Below, one piece after another: positions 20,901 to 30,727 of a stretch of 64,000 bases of DNA. Both the position numbers and the translations under genes were made by a program. The notes under the pieces were generated by a model. That model did not search any database. It was given only the letters and a program-made list of their open reading frames with translations, and was not told where the DNA came from. This DNA is from Sphingobacteriales bacterium (GTDB taxonomy: Bacteria > Bacteroidota > Bacteroidia > Chitinophagales > LD1): contig JADFDM010000013.1 of NCBI GenBank assembly GCA_018262795.1, positions 8,159 through 72,158 on the forward strand, read 5' to 3'. Positions within the stretch are counted from its first letter, which is position 1, and the number at the start of each line of letters is the position of its first letter.

Positions 20901-22454
20901 ATGACAAATACACGTAAACTCCGCTACCATGCGGGCATCTATCTCAAGCACGACTTACCGGCCGGTCTCACTGTTTTCTTTGTAGCATTGCCGCTTTGCC
21001 TCGGCATAGCATTAGCATCGGGAGCGCCTTTGTACACCGGTATCGTCTCCGGCATCATTGGCGGTTTGGTGGCTTCGTTAATCAGTGACTCTCAGTTAGT
21101 GGTATCGGGCCCGGCAGCCGGGCTTACCACGGTAGTGGCGTTTGTTTTGGCAAATTACAACTTCAATATTTTTATGGCGGTGGTGGCCGGTGCAGGGTTG
21201 TTGCAGATATTGATGGGGCTGCTCAGATTGGGAAATATTGCGGGGTATTTCCCTTCGGCTGTGATCAAAGGAATGATGGCGGCCATCGGAATTATTCTTA
21301 TCTCAAAACAATTACCGGTAGCACTGGGCTATCAGCAGCCCGACTTTTGGTCGAAGGAATTTATTAACCTGATTACCGATACCCATTTGTTCTCCAACAT
21401 GCGGGAGTTTTACTCGCAGCTTTCTGCCGGTACACTACTCATTACCGCTCTATCGCTGGCGGCATATACATTTTGGGAGAAACCAATGTTCGATAAGTTG
21501 CGCTTTATTCCGGTGCCCTTGTTTGTGGTGGCTACCAGTATTTCGCTCACGATTATTTTTAGAGACTATGTTCCGGCTTTAGCGCTAAATCCAAACGAAA
21601 TGGTGAAACTACCGGAACACATTTTCAGTTCGTTTCAACTCCCAGATTTCTCTATCCTAAAAAGTGATTTCACTGTGGTGAAGTACGTGTTTGTTTTTGC
21701 CATGCTGGCTTCGTTAGAAACATTGCTTTGCATAGAAGCCATAGATAACATTGATCCGCTGCACCGAACCACTTCGGCTAATAGAGAATTGTTAGCCCAA
21801 GGCACGGGCAATGTGTTGTGCGGTTTTATGGGAGGCATCCCGATGACTGGAGTTATTGTACGCGGCTCCGCCAATGTGGAAGCAGGAGCACGTACCCGCT
21901 GGGCTTCGTTTACACACGGAGTTTTTATGCTGATAGCGGTTATTGGAATTCCTTTTATCATCAATAAAATTCCCTTGTGTGCGCTGGCTTCTATCCTGAT
22001 TGTTACCGGATATAAACTGACAAAACCAAAGTTGTATTCGCATACCTTTCGCCTCGGATGGAATCAGTTTTTACCTTTTATCATTACCATTTTGGTCATT
22101 CTTTTTACCGATTTGCTGATTGGGGTAAGTATAGGCTTGCTGTTGTCTATTTTCTTTATTGTGCGCAATAACTATATAGCTGATTATGATGTAAAGAAGG
22201 AAACTCATCTCGGCATCACCACCTATACTGTAAAGCTGCATACCAACGTGACCTTTCTTGATAAATCGAAAATGAAAGACGTATTAGAGAATGTTCCCGA
22301 CTACTCTAAAGTGATTATTGATGGTTCCTTTACTAAGCATATTGACCATGATGTATTGGAAATGATTAGCGGATATAGGATGAATGCAAAGAGGAGAGGA
22401 ATAGAGCTTGAGTTAAAGAATGTTGAGTTGGTAGAAGTGACAGAAATGCACTAA
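20901..22454 (+). CDS. SulP/SLC26 inorganic anion transporter
   Basis: DLPAGLTVFFVALPLCLGIA, SGPAAGL, NRELLAQG motifs; STAS-like C-terminus. Confidence 0.92.
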   Translation: MTNTRKLRYHAGIYLKHDLPAGLTVFFVALPLCLGIALASGAPLYTGIVSGIIGGLVASLISDSQLVVSGPAAGLTTVVAFVLANYNFNIFMAVVAGAGLLQILMGLLRLGNIAGYFPSAVIKGMMAAIGIILISKQLPVALGYQQPDFWSKEFINLITDTHLFSNMREFYSQLSAGTLLITALSLAAYTFWEKPMFDKLRFIPVPLFVVATSISLTIIFRDYVPALALNPNEMVKLPEHIFSSFQLPDFSILKSDFTVVKYVFVFAMLASLETLLCIEAIDNIDPLHRTTSANRELLAQGTGNVLCGFMGGIPMTGVIVRGSANVEAGARTRWASFTHGVFMLIAVIGIPFIINKIPLCALASILIVTGYKLTKPKLYSHTFRLGWNQFLPFIITILVILFTDLLIGVSIGLLLSIFFIVRNNYIADYDVKKETHLGITTYTVKLHTNVTFLDKSKMKDVLENVPDYSKVIIDGSFTKHIDHDVLEMISGYRMNAKRRGIELELKNVELVEVTEMH

Positions 22455-22493
22455 CACAAAAAACTATTTTTGCGTTTCATTCGTTATTTAGCT

Positions 22494-22892
22494 ATGAACT
22501 TTGTCCTCAAACTTTTTTTAAATGCTATTGCAGTCGTACTCACCGCCTACATTTTGCCGGGAGTACATTTAGCGAGCTTTGGTTATGCCTTGCTGTTAGC
22601 CGCTTTATTAGCGGTGTTGAATGTGTCGCTGAAGCCTATTCTTATTTTCCTCACTATTCCGGCTACTATCTTTTCGCTTGGACTTTTTCTGTTGGTGATT
22701 AATGCCTTTATTATTCTCACAGCAGAATGGATTTTGGGAAGTGGTTTTCGAGTAGATAGTTTTTGGTGGGCATTGGCTTTTAGTATTGTCCTTTCTATCA
22801 TCAACGGTATTTTTGATCGGTTGGCCATTAAAGCGGATCGAGATGATGATTCAATGAAGGTGTTTGACAAAGACGGCAAGCGCATTGTGTAA
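22494..22892 (+). CDS. YvlD-like 4-TM membrane protein (often annotated phage holin family)
   Basis: LNVSLKPILIFLTIP..IFSLGLFLLVINA and F.VDSFWWAL motifs. Confidence 0.8.
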   Translation: MNFVLKLFLNAIAVVLTAYILPGVHLASFGYALLLAALLAVLNVSLKPILIFLTIPATIFSLGLFLLVINAFIILTAEWILGSGFRVDSFWWALAFSIVLSIINGIFDRLAIKADRDDDSMKVFDKDGKRIV

Positions 22893-22970
22893 TACTTCGG
22901 ATTTGAATCATCCTACCCCACAACTAAATTCTTCTATTTTCACGCAGTTTAATTATTGAATGCGATTACT

Positions 22971-25037
22971 ATGAGAGGAAGTTTGTTACTCTGCCTGGTG
23001 CTTTGGGGTTCTTTTGCTATAGCACAAAACCCTGAGCGTTGCGGAACCGACCGACTGCTGCAAAATATACTAAAGAACGATTCCGCTGCTACTCAAAGAC
23101 TGGAGCAGAACTGGCAGCAAATCGGAAATTACATTCATTCCCAAGCTGCTCGCGATAATCGAAATACTGTTGTCACCATTCCTGTGGTGTTTCATGTGAT
23201 TCACAGTGGGCAAGCTCTCGGAATGGGATTTAATATTGCTGATACACAAATTATTTCGCAGATAGCTGTACTCAATGAATGTTACCGCAAGCGAAATGCC
23301 GATACCGCTTTAATTCCCGGATGGTTCAAAGATCGCTCAGCCGATATTGAAATAGAATTTTGCTTAGCTCATACCGATCCGCAAGGAAACCCCACCAGCG
23401 GTATCACGCGCGATTTTTATCCAAACACCGCCAACTTTGATGTGAACGTGAAACCTTTTACGCAGTGGGATCCGACTAACTATCTAAATATCTGGACTAC
23501 TATTCTCACCGGAAATATTCTGGGCTATGCTACGCCCCCCAACATGGGGCCCGCCAATCAAGATGGCGTAGTGCTGGACTATCGGCATGTGGGCTGTGCT
23601 CCTGCCAATCCTTTTCATTCCAGCGATACGCTGGGGCGAACCTGCGTACACGAAGTGGGTCATTGGCTGGGATTGTTTCATACTTTTCAGGATAGCTGTG
23701 CCGGGATGACTCCGCAAGATTGCGATTTGGGAGGCGACCGAGTTTGTGATACTCCACCGGAGGCAGAGGCTACTTATGGCAGTTCGCCCAGTTTCTCACA
23801 GAACACCTGCCTTGAATCACCGGTAGATGAATATGATATGTGGATGAACTTCATGGATTATGTAGATGATAAATGGCTGCTGATGTTTACCAATGGGCAA
23901 AAGGAGGTGATGCGTGCCGTGTTGAATACTTCGAGGCTTTCTATTCAAAGTAGTTTGGGATGTACCAACACTGCCACCGCATTTACCTACACGGGAAAAG
24001 TTGTGGATGCAAGTACAAATCAGGCATTGGAAAACGCCAAAGTGCTTTTTGACGGGCCACAGGATTTTGAAGTCACTACCGATGTGAATGGCAACTTTAC
24101 GGTTAGTAACCTCTATGAAGGCTATTACGATATATATGCCGGCAAATGGGGCTATATGGAAAACTTCTATGCCGGCCATCAGTGGCTACATTCAGGCGCT
24201 GCTCCGATTACTATTCCCATTCATGGGCATCATTACTATGATGATTTCAATCTTAATTACAACTGGTCGGTGAGCGGTTCTGCCGGTGGCGGTTTTTGGA
24301 CACGTGATGTGCCTATCGGTACTTTCTTTCAGAGTGCTGCGGCCAATCCTTCGCAGGATGTGCCGGATGACTTTGGTTTAAAGTGCTTTGTGACGGGCAA
24401 TGCAGGCGGAGCCGCTGATGCGGATGATGTGGACAACGGAAGCGTTACTCTTATTTCTCCTGTCTTTGATTTGTCGGGATATACGGATCCTTATGTGCGA
24501 CTTTATCGCTGGTTTTTTGCGGGAGCATTTGGCGGAAATTCTCCGGATGATGTGATGACTATTAAGTTGAATAACGGAACCTCCACTGCAATTGTGGAAA
24601 CCCTTACCGCCTCCGAAAATCAGTGGACGCAAAAGGTATTTCATGTCTCTGATTTTGTTCCTGCCACCGCAAACATGCGGCTGATTGTAGAAGTGAGCGA
24701 TCTCTCTTCGGGAAATCCAAATATTGTGGAAGCAGGTATTGATAAATTTGAAGCGCTGGAAGCGGTAACGCTGGATATACCGGAGTACACTGCCTTCAAG
24801 AATTTGTCGGTGTTCCCCAATCCTTCCACCGGAATAGTGAATATAGGTTGGGATGCGAGCGACAAAGACCCACACACCCTCACCGTCCGAAATATTTTGG
24901 GGGAGGAAGTTCTTCGCGCGGAAGGTTCCGGGAATCGCGTTCAATTAGATTTTAGCCGACAAGTTTTCGGCATCTATTTCATTTCCGTCAGCAACAGTCA
25001 TTCAGAAAAAGTGGTAAAATTTTTATTGGCTCGCTAA
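22971..25037 (+). CDS. M43 (pappalysin/ulilysin-like) zinc metalloprotease with T9SS CTD
   Basis: RCGT cysteine switch, HEVGHWLGLFH zinc site, NFMDY Met-turn, CTD VFPNPS. Confidence 0.9.
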   Translation: MRGSLLLCLVLWGSFAIAQNPERCGTDRLLQNILKNDSAATQRLEQNWQQIGNYIHSQAARDNRNTVVTIPVVFHVIHSGQALGMGFNIADTQIISQIAVLNECYRKRNADTALIPGWFKDRSADIEIEFCLAHTDPQGNPTSGITRDFYPNTANFDVNVKPFTQWDPTNYLNIWTTILTGNILGYATPPNMGPANQDGVVLDYRHVGCAPANPFHSSDTLGRTCVHEVGHWLGLFHTFQDSCAGMTPQDCDLGGDRVCDTPPEAEATYGSSPSFSQNTCLESPVDEYDMWMNFMDYVDDKWLLMFTNGQKEVMRAVLNTSRLSIQSSLGCTNTATAFTYTGKVVDASTNQALENAKVLFDGPQDFEVTTDVNGNFTVSNLYEGYYDIYAGKWGYMENFYAGHQWLHSGAAPITIPIHGHHYYDDFNLNYNWSVSGSAGGGFWTRDVPIGTFFQSAAANPSQDVPDDFGLKCFVTGNAGGAADADDVDNGSVTLISPVFDLSGYTDPYVRLYRWFFAGAFGGNSPDDVMTIKLNNGTSTAIVETLTASENQWTQKVFHVSDFVPATANMRLIVEVSDLSSGNPNIVEAGIDKFEALEAVTLDIPEYTAFKNLSVFPNPSTGIVNIGWDASDKDPHTLTVRNILGEEVLRAEGSGNRVQLDFSRQVFGIYFISVSNSHSEKVVKFLLAR

Positions 25038-25110
25038 ACCTACTCCGCTTATTTTCATCTTACAATAATTGGCACCCTTATTGAAATTTGACGTTACAAT
25101 CTACTGAGCT

Positions 25111-25641
25111 ATGAAACGAATACTTTTTTTTGTTCTGATTGTTTTTGCCCTGCCGTCTTGCAAAAATCTTGTGCCTTATACCAACGCCATGAAACAACAA
25201 CATGGCTGGTTCGATAATCAGGTGCAGCAAATTCAGTTTTATGTGTCGCACAACATTGTTCTGCATCGGGAGCTTTCGCAGGGATCTACGGATATTATTC
25301 ACGGAAAAATTAAAACTATTAATGGCCGGAAAGTGGAGGAAATTATTATTCCTCAAGGCACTCCGGGAGTAGTTACTCAGATTCCTCGGGAAAGTAAACT
25401 GTTGGTCAGTTTTGAAATGGGAGATGACTATTATTTGAGTTTTGGGGTAAATCCGAATTTGAGTGATAAATATGTGTTACTGGCTTCTGATTGGAACAAA
25501 GGAATGGGGGCCGTACATTATGCCGGGCAAGAATACACGACTGACCCTGATAGCAAATATGCTTATCTGTTAGTGGATTTGCGCAAGATCCAAAAAATGG
25601 AATTGAAGCAGCGAATAGTAAAAGGCCGAAAAGTAAAATAG
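25111..25641 (+). CDS. Hypothetical lipoprotein
   Basis: Lipobox LPSC after a hydrophobic signal; 176 aa. Confidence 0.7.
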   Translation: MKRILFFVLIVFALPSCKNLVPYTNAMKQQHGWFDNQVQQIQFYVSHNIVLHRELSQGSTDIIHGKIKTINGRKVEEIIIPQGTPGVVTQIPRESKLLVSFEMGDDYYLSFGVNPNLSDKYVLLASDWNKGMGAVHYAGQEYTTDPDSKYAYLLVDLRKIQKMELKQRIVKGRKVK

Positions 25642-25648
25642 GTGTTGT

Positions 25649-26647
25649 TTACCAGCGAATGAGTGCGCTGGCCCACATAAATCCGGAGCCAAAGGCGGCT
25701 ATGGCAATTAAATCTCCGTCCTTTATTCTTCCTTGTTCCCAAGCTTCACATAAACCAATAGGGATTGAGGCAGCAGTAGTATTTCCGAAACGGTCAATGT
25801 TAGATACTACCTTCTCATCAGGAAGTTTCATTTCTTTTTGAACAGCCGTAGTAATGCGTGCATTGGCCTGATGGGGTATCAGCAAATCAATGTCGCTGTC
25901 CTTTAAGTTGCAATCGGCCAGTGCCTCGCGAATCACTTCGGGGAAATACTTGAGCGCATTCACAAACACCAATTTGCCGTTCATGTAGGGGAGTAATTCT
26001 CCATTTTCCATCATGTCTGGATTAAATCTCTCCTTCCTTCTAGAGCCGGGATGCTCTAAGTAAAGCTCTTCGGCAAATCGTCCATCGCTGTGCAGTCTGG
26101 TGGTCAAAATTCCTTTGTTGGATTCTTCCGTAGCTTCCAGTACCACTGCTCCGGCTCCATCACCGAAAATCACTGCCAGGCTTCTGCCTCGGTCGCTCTT
26201 TTCAAATACGTTTGATTGCACTTCGGAACCTACAACCAAAATGGTCTTATAAGTACCGGTGCGGATGTATTGGTCGGCCACACTTAAAGCATAAATGAAG
26301 CCTGAACATTGAGCGCGAATATCTACTGCTCCGATTTGTCGAAAGGGAAGTTTGCGCTGTAATAAAACCCCCGAACCGGGGAAATTATAGTCGGAACTAA
26401 GGGTGGCGAAAACAATAAAGTCCACGTCTTCGGCCTTTTTACCGGCTCTTTCCAAAGCAACGGCAGCCGCCTTAGCCGCCATGCTGGAAACTGTATCTTC
26501 TCCCTCTTTAAAGAATCTTCTTTCCTTAATACCTGTGCGTTCCACAATCCATTCGTCACTCGTATCCATCATTTTAGAGAGATCGTGATTGGTCACCACA
26601 GTTTCTGGCACATACATGCCTACTCCTGTTATTTTGCTGTGTAGCAT
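25649..26647 (-). CDS. fabH: Beta-ketoacyl-ACP synthase III
   Basis: AQCSGF, FGDGAGA, PHQAN and GNTTAAS catalytic motifs. Confidence 0.9.
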   Translation of the reverse strand: MLHSKITGVGMYVPETVVTNHDLSKMMDTSDEWIVERTGIKERRFFKEGEDTVSSMAAKAAAVALERAGKKAEDVDFIVFATLSSDYNFPGSGVLLQRKLPFRQIGAVDIRAQCSGFIYALSVADQYIRTGTYKTILVVGSEVQSNVFEKSDRGRSLAVIFGDGAGAVVLEATEESNKGILTTRLHSDGRFAEELYLEHPGSRRKERFNPDMMENGELLPYMNGKLVFVNALKYFPEVIREALADCNLKDSDIDLLIPHQANARITTAVQKEMKLPDEKVVSNIDRFGNTTAASIPIGLCEAWEQGRIKDGDLIAIAAFGSGFMWASALIRW

Positions 26648-26653
26648 ATATCT

Positions 26654-26941
26654 TTATTGCTGAGATAAATATTTTTCAGGGTCTGCCATAAAACCTTCCT
26701 TACACTCATCTGAGCAGAATCCGTAAGTTTTTCCGTTATAAGAAGCAGTATCGGCTATGGAACCTTCTTCGAGATCCATCCCGCAGTAAAAATCCTTAGT
26801 GGTAGCTAAGTCTGCCAGTTTTACATTTACTCCCTTGCTTTCAGTGGTCATGGTAGCTTCCTTGTTTTCTTCTTTTGCTTTGGTATCGCAGGAGCTTAAG
26901 ATAGCCAACCCAATCATTGCGCTAAAAATCATTTTTTTCAT
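26654..26941 (-). CDS. YHS-domain lipoprotein
   Basis: Lipobox LSSC; DFYCGM...YNGKTYGFCSDECK..F..DPEKY. Confidence 0.85.
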   Translation of the reverse strand: MKKMIFSAMIGLAILSSCDTKAKEENKEATMTTESKGVNVKLADLATTKDFYCGMDLEEGSIADTASYNGKTYGFCSDECKEGFMADPEKYLSQQ

Positions 26942-27002
26942 TTTTCCTGTTTTAGTTCAGAGGCTAATTTAACCCAAATACTTAAAGTGCTTAGCTGTAG
27001 TA

Positions 27003-27950
27003 TTAATAGGTTCTGGCAATGCCGCTAATCACTAATATGATAACCGGAACGGGAATCGCTCCATCGGTGTGCCATTCCTTTTCGGGATGAACGTTTGACC
27101 AGGGCTTTACTACTCCATCGTCTATTGTATATTGATTTGCCCAGTCAGTATCCCAAGTGGGTTTCATTATCCGACCGTCCCAACTCCATTCCTGCGCCCG
27201 ATTAGTTCGCCATAGTGGTTTAAAGGTTTCGCCATCCCACTCATACTGTTCGTAAATATTGCTTTCATATTGTTGCTTCAGAATTTGCCCGTCAAACGAC
27301 CAGACCAAGCGTGGATCTACATTCCATCTTGGTCGCAAGGTGTGGCCATCCCAAAGCCATTCATTGGCCGTTACATTGCCCCATATTGGTTTGATGGTCG
27401 AGTACGTGTTTTGAGTAAAGGGGCCTGCTGCCTTTTGATCCGCTAATTTTTCCGACAGTTTGTATTTCACCATCACGGAGTATGCCGTAAGCACAGCCGA
27501 AAAATGCGGCAGAGAATCAGCCAAATAATAAGCCAAGAGCGAATCGGTAATGGAGGAGTAGAAAGCCATCCATTTACCGCTTTTTTCTACATGCAGCAAT
27601 TCACTTTGAGCCTTTATATCTTCGCTTTGTGGATTTCCCAGGTACCATTTCCCATCGCTGAAAGTGTAGGAAGGTGCTCGGTTATCTTTCTCGTAAATCA
27701 TCTGCGTTTTCTCACTGTTTATATCCATCGAGGTAGCCAGCAGAAAAATATTTTGCTTCTCATCGGTTTCACCCGTAAAGAATATGTTGCCTTTTATAAA
27801 ATACTGTAGTTGCGTCCCATCGGGGGAGTACACATTATCTTTGCTTATAAAGAAGAGTGGAGTTTTATTGGATAGATAGATGTAGCCATCCGCAAAAGTG
27901 AATTGAGTACAGCTAAGGAAAAACAGTATTGGGAGGAGCTTCAGTCTCAT
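27003..27950 (-). CDS. Exported hypothetical protein with C-terminal Trp-rich repeats of about 19 aa
   Basis: Signal peptide; repeated W.(W/F)DG...(K/R)P.W units. Confidence 0.65.
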   Translation of the reverse strand: MRLKLLPILFFLSCTQFTFADGYIYLSNKTPLFFISKDNVYSPDGTQLQYFIKGNIFFTGETDEKQNIFLLATSMDINSEKTQMIYEKDNRAPSYTFSDGKWYLGNPQSEDIKAQSELLHVEKSGKWMAFYSSITDSLLAYYLADSLPHFSAVLTAYSVMVKYKLSEKLADQKAAGPFTQNTYSTIKPIWGNVTANEWLWDGHTLRPRWNVDPRLVWSFDGQILKQQYESNIYEQYEWDGETFKPLWRTNRAQEWSWDGRIMKPTWDTDWANQYTIDDGVVKPWSNVHPEKEWHTDGAIPVPVIILVISGIARTY

Positions 27951-28576
27951 ATTATTTTCAACTCTACAAGCAGTGTCGTCAGTTTATCGGGGTGCTCCAA
28001 ATGAAAAGCCCGCCATCCCACTTTTTTAGCTGCTTCTACATTTTCGGGCATATCATCCACAAAAAACGTTTCATCGGGGATTAAATTCTCCTTTTGAGTT
28101 ATCAAGTCATATATCTCTGCCTCCGGTTTTCGGCAGCCAATTTCATTGGAATAATAAGCCACATCGAAATAATCAGAAAAGGCTTTGGCTCCAAATTTTT
28201 CGCGAACGGCTGTATTGATGGCCTCTACGTGCGTTTCATTGATGTTGGAGAGCGCATAAATCTTATAGGATGATTTCAGGCGATGCAGCAGTTCAAACTT
28301 TTCCTTTGGATAGTGTATCAAGATACTATTCCATGCGCGTTGGATTTCTTCATCGGTGACTCCGGGGCGCAAAAACTGCTTTAATTCTTTGTGAAAATCG
28401 GGGACGCTGATCTGTCCTTTTTCAAATTGGTGGAAAATAGGTTGTTGCTTGGAGTAAGAAACTATCCGGCTGAAGTCTGCATCTGATAATTTCTGAAACT
28501 CTTTCATTGGAATGCTGTAGTCAATATCAACGATTACATTTCCAATATCAAAAATCAGGTTTTTAAATGGTCGCAT
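27947..28576 (-). CDS. HAD-superfamily phosphatase (YihX-like)
   Basis: IFDIGNV, LSN, KP and FVDD..ENV motifs. Confidence 0.9.
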   Translation of the reverse strand: MRPFKNLIFDIGNVIVDIDYSIPMKEFQKLSDADFSRIVSYSKQQPIFHQFEKGQISVPDFHKELKQFLRPGVTDEEIQRAWNSILIHYPKEKFELLHRLKSSYKIYALSNINETHVEAINTAVREKFGAKAFSDYFDVAYYSNEIGCRKPEAEIYDLITQKENLIPDETFFVDDMPENVEAAKKVGWRAFHLEHPDKLTTLLVELKII

Positions 28577-28663
28577 AATAATTCCAAAAATAGACGCGAA
28601 TATTTATTTTCGTGCGCTGTTTTTAAAGATATAACAGTTGTTCGTTCACAGACGAAAATTTTT

Positions 28664-28737
28664 GGTCCTATAGCTCATTCGGTTAGAGCAACTGACTCAT
28701 AATCAGTAGGTGCCTGGTTCGATTCCAGGTGGGACCA
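28664..28737 (+). tRNA. tRNA with CAT anticodon, probably tRNA-Ile2 (lysidine) rather than elongator Met
   Basis: Cloverleaf with GGTCCTA/TGGGACC acceptor stem, CTGA-CTCATAA-TCAG anticodon arm and GGTTCGATTCC T-arm; GACTCATAATC arm resembles E. coli Ile2. Confidence 0.9.
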
Positions 28738-28749
28738 CTTACAAATGTT

Positions 28750-28778
28750 ACAAAAGCCTTGCCTCGCAGGGCTTTTGT
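28750..28778 (+). terminator. Intrinsic terminator after the CAT tRNA
   Basis: ACAAAAGCCTTGC-CTC-GCAGGGCTTTTGT hairpin. Confidence 0.75.
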
Positions 28779-28869
28779 TATTTGAAAACTATCACATTGC
28801 CCAGCCTTAGCGCAATCCGACCTACACCCCCTTTAATTTTCTTCCTCTTTCTTTTGTGCTTACATTTTT

Positions 28870-28877
28870 TACTTTTG
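28870..28877 (+). promoter_or_regulatory. -7 element (TACTTTTG) upstream of tRNA-Leu
   Basis: Exact TAnnTTTG about 33 nt before the tRNA. Confidence 0.55.
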
Positions 28878-28910
28878 CGCCTCCTTTTTAAAAGGTAAAG
28901 TTCATTACAT

Positions 28911-28992
28911 GCGGGCGTGGCGAAATTGGCAGACGCACTAGACTTAGGATCTAGCGCCTCACGGCATGGGGGTTCAAGTCCCTCCGCCCGCA
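28911..28992 (+). tRNA. tRNA-Leu(TAG)
   Basis: GCGGGCG/CGCCCGC acceptor stem, CTAGA-CTTAGGA-TCTAG anticodon arm, long variable arm, GGTTCAAGTCC. Confidence 0.95.
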
Positions 28993-29083
28993 CTTATTAA
29001 ACTCGTTCAGGGGCGAAGGTGAAGAGGGTACATCTACCCTCTTCGCATTTCACCGCATCACTTAACATTTCAATTTCATTGCC

Positions 29084-30448
29084 ATGACCATTACTCAAGA
29101 AAAAATTGACCCTCTACTTTCAAACATCAAAATATCTCTACAAAAAGAGGATTATGAACCTCTGGTAAAGAAACAGCTTAAAGCTCTTAACAAGAAAGTG
29201 CAGATCAAAGGCTTCCGCCCCGGTATGGTGCCTTCTGATATGGTTAAAAAGATGTACGGCAACGAAGTGTTGGCCGAAGAGTTGGATAAGATGCTGAACG
29301 ATGAAATATATAAATACATCAACGAGAATAAACTCGACATCATCGCTTCACCAATCCCTGCTCAGGGACAGAAATTAGATATAGATATTGACAACATTCG
29401 CGATGTGGAGTTCAACTTCGAGATTGGGCACAATCCCGAAGTGAGTTTGGCTTATTTGGAAAGTTCACCCGGCTTTACCAAATACAGAATTCAAGCCGAT
29501 GATAAAATGGTGGAGGAAGAGGTGCTTCGCATTCGCAACAGATTTGCCACTTATGAGTATCCTGAAACTGTAGGCGAAAAGGATGTGCTCACGGTAACTA
29601 TTGAAGAATTGGGCGAAGATGGAAATCTGAAACCCGGTGGCGTGAGCACGGTCTCGTCCTTGATGCCCGACTTATTGAAAGAGGAATATAGATCGAAAGT
29701 GATCGCACTCAAAAAACAAGAAAGTTTTGAGGCAGATGTTTTTGACCTGATGGATCGCGACCGACAAAGCATGGCAAAGAATGTGTTGAACTTGGAGGAT
29801 ACCGCCAACATAGAAGAGATAGGTAATAAGTTTCGGATCACGCTCGATAACATTACTCGCTCAGTACCGGCTGAAATAAACGAAGAGTTTTTTCAGAAGG
29901 TGTATGGCGAACATGGGCCTAAGACAGAGGAAGAGATGCGCAAAAATATTAAGCAGGATCTCGAATCTTACTTTGATGGACAAACCGATAGTTATGTGGT
30001 GAACGACCTGTACAAGGCGATGATGGAAAACGTAGAGATTGCGCTGCCGGAAGATTTCTTGAAGCGCTGGCTTCTGCTGACCAATAAAGATATTATTTCG
30101 GAAGAAAACATAGAAACAGACTTTCCGCTGTTTATTAAGCAAATGCGCTGGGATCTAATTCAGAAAAAGATTAAGGAGCAGGAAAATATAAATGTGACTT
30201 CTGAAGAAATTCACGATCGCGTTCGCAATAATATTATTCAACAACTCTATAGCTACGGCCTTAAAAATATTGAGGAAGAATGGGTAGAGCAGCTGATGAA
30301 GAAACAACTCACCGATAATAAAGTCCTTTCCCAAACTCGCGACCAAATACTGGAAGATAAAGTAATGGCCTATCTTAAAACTAAAGTCACCCTTCATGAT
30401 AAGCCGGTGACGATGGAGGAGTTTAAGGCGTTGGTCGAAAAGAAATAG
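29084..30448 (+). CDS. tig: Trigger factor
   Basis: KGFRPGMVP ribosome-binding signature; follows tRNA-Leu. Confidence 0.92.
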   Translation: MTITQEKIDPLLSNIKISLQKEDYEPLVKKQLKALNKKVQIKGFRPGMVPSDMVKKMYGNEVLAEELDKMLNDEIYKYINENKLDIIASPIPAQGQKLDIDIDNIRDVEFNFEIGHNPEVSLAYLESSPGFTKYRIQADDKMVEEEVLRIRNRFATYEYPETVGEKDVLTVTIEELGEDGNLKPGGVSTVSSLMPDLLKEEYRSKVIALKKQESFEADVFDLMDRDRQSMAKNVLNLEDTANIEEIGNKFRITLDNITRSVPAEINEEFFQKVYGEHGPKTEEEMRKNIKQDLESYFDGQTDSYVVNDLYKAMMENVEIALPEDFLKRWLLLTNKDIISEENIETDFPLFIKQMRWDLIQKKIKEQENINVTSEEIHDRVRNNIIQQLYSYGLKNIEEEWVEQLMKKQLTDNKVLSQTRDQILEDKVMAYLKTKVTLHDKPVTMEEFKALVEKK

Positions 30449-30459
30449 GGTAGGGGAGA

Positions 30460-30725
30460 GTTAATCGGGTATTGGTTAATAGTTAATCGTGTATTGGTTA
30501 ATGATCAATCCGCAATCCGTAATTGTTGCTAATTGAACGTTAACACAGCTTGTTCCTTGCCGATGCCTGCGTCTGCCTTACCGATGTCTGTGTCTCTGCC
30601 GATGTCTGTGTCTTCACAGACATCTATATTCAACATTGCTGGCGCGTCTGTGAGGACACAGACGTGGGTAAAGTAGAAGGGAGTTAATCGCGTGTTGGTT
30701 GTTAGTTAAAGGTCAATTCGCAATT
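30460..30725. repeat. Repeat-rich intergenic region: three GTTAATCGnGTRTTGGTT copies enclosing an inverted REP-like palindrome pair
   Basis: Copies at 30460, 30482 and 30683; palindromes GATGTCTGTG-TCTT-CACAGACATC (30601-30624) and CGTCTGTG-AGGA-CACAGACG (30645-30664). Confidence 0.75.
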
Positions 30726-30727
30726 GC

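Noticed and set aside
22494-22892. Prophage suggested by a holin-family gene
   Set aside because: YvlD-type 4-TM proteins are common chromosomal genes, and no phage genes are nearby.
28710-28993. ORFs 28710-28898 and 28778-28993
   Set aside because: They are shadow ORFs overlapping the two tRNA genes.
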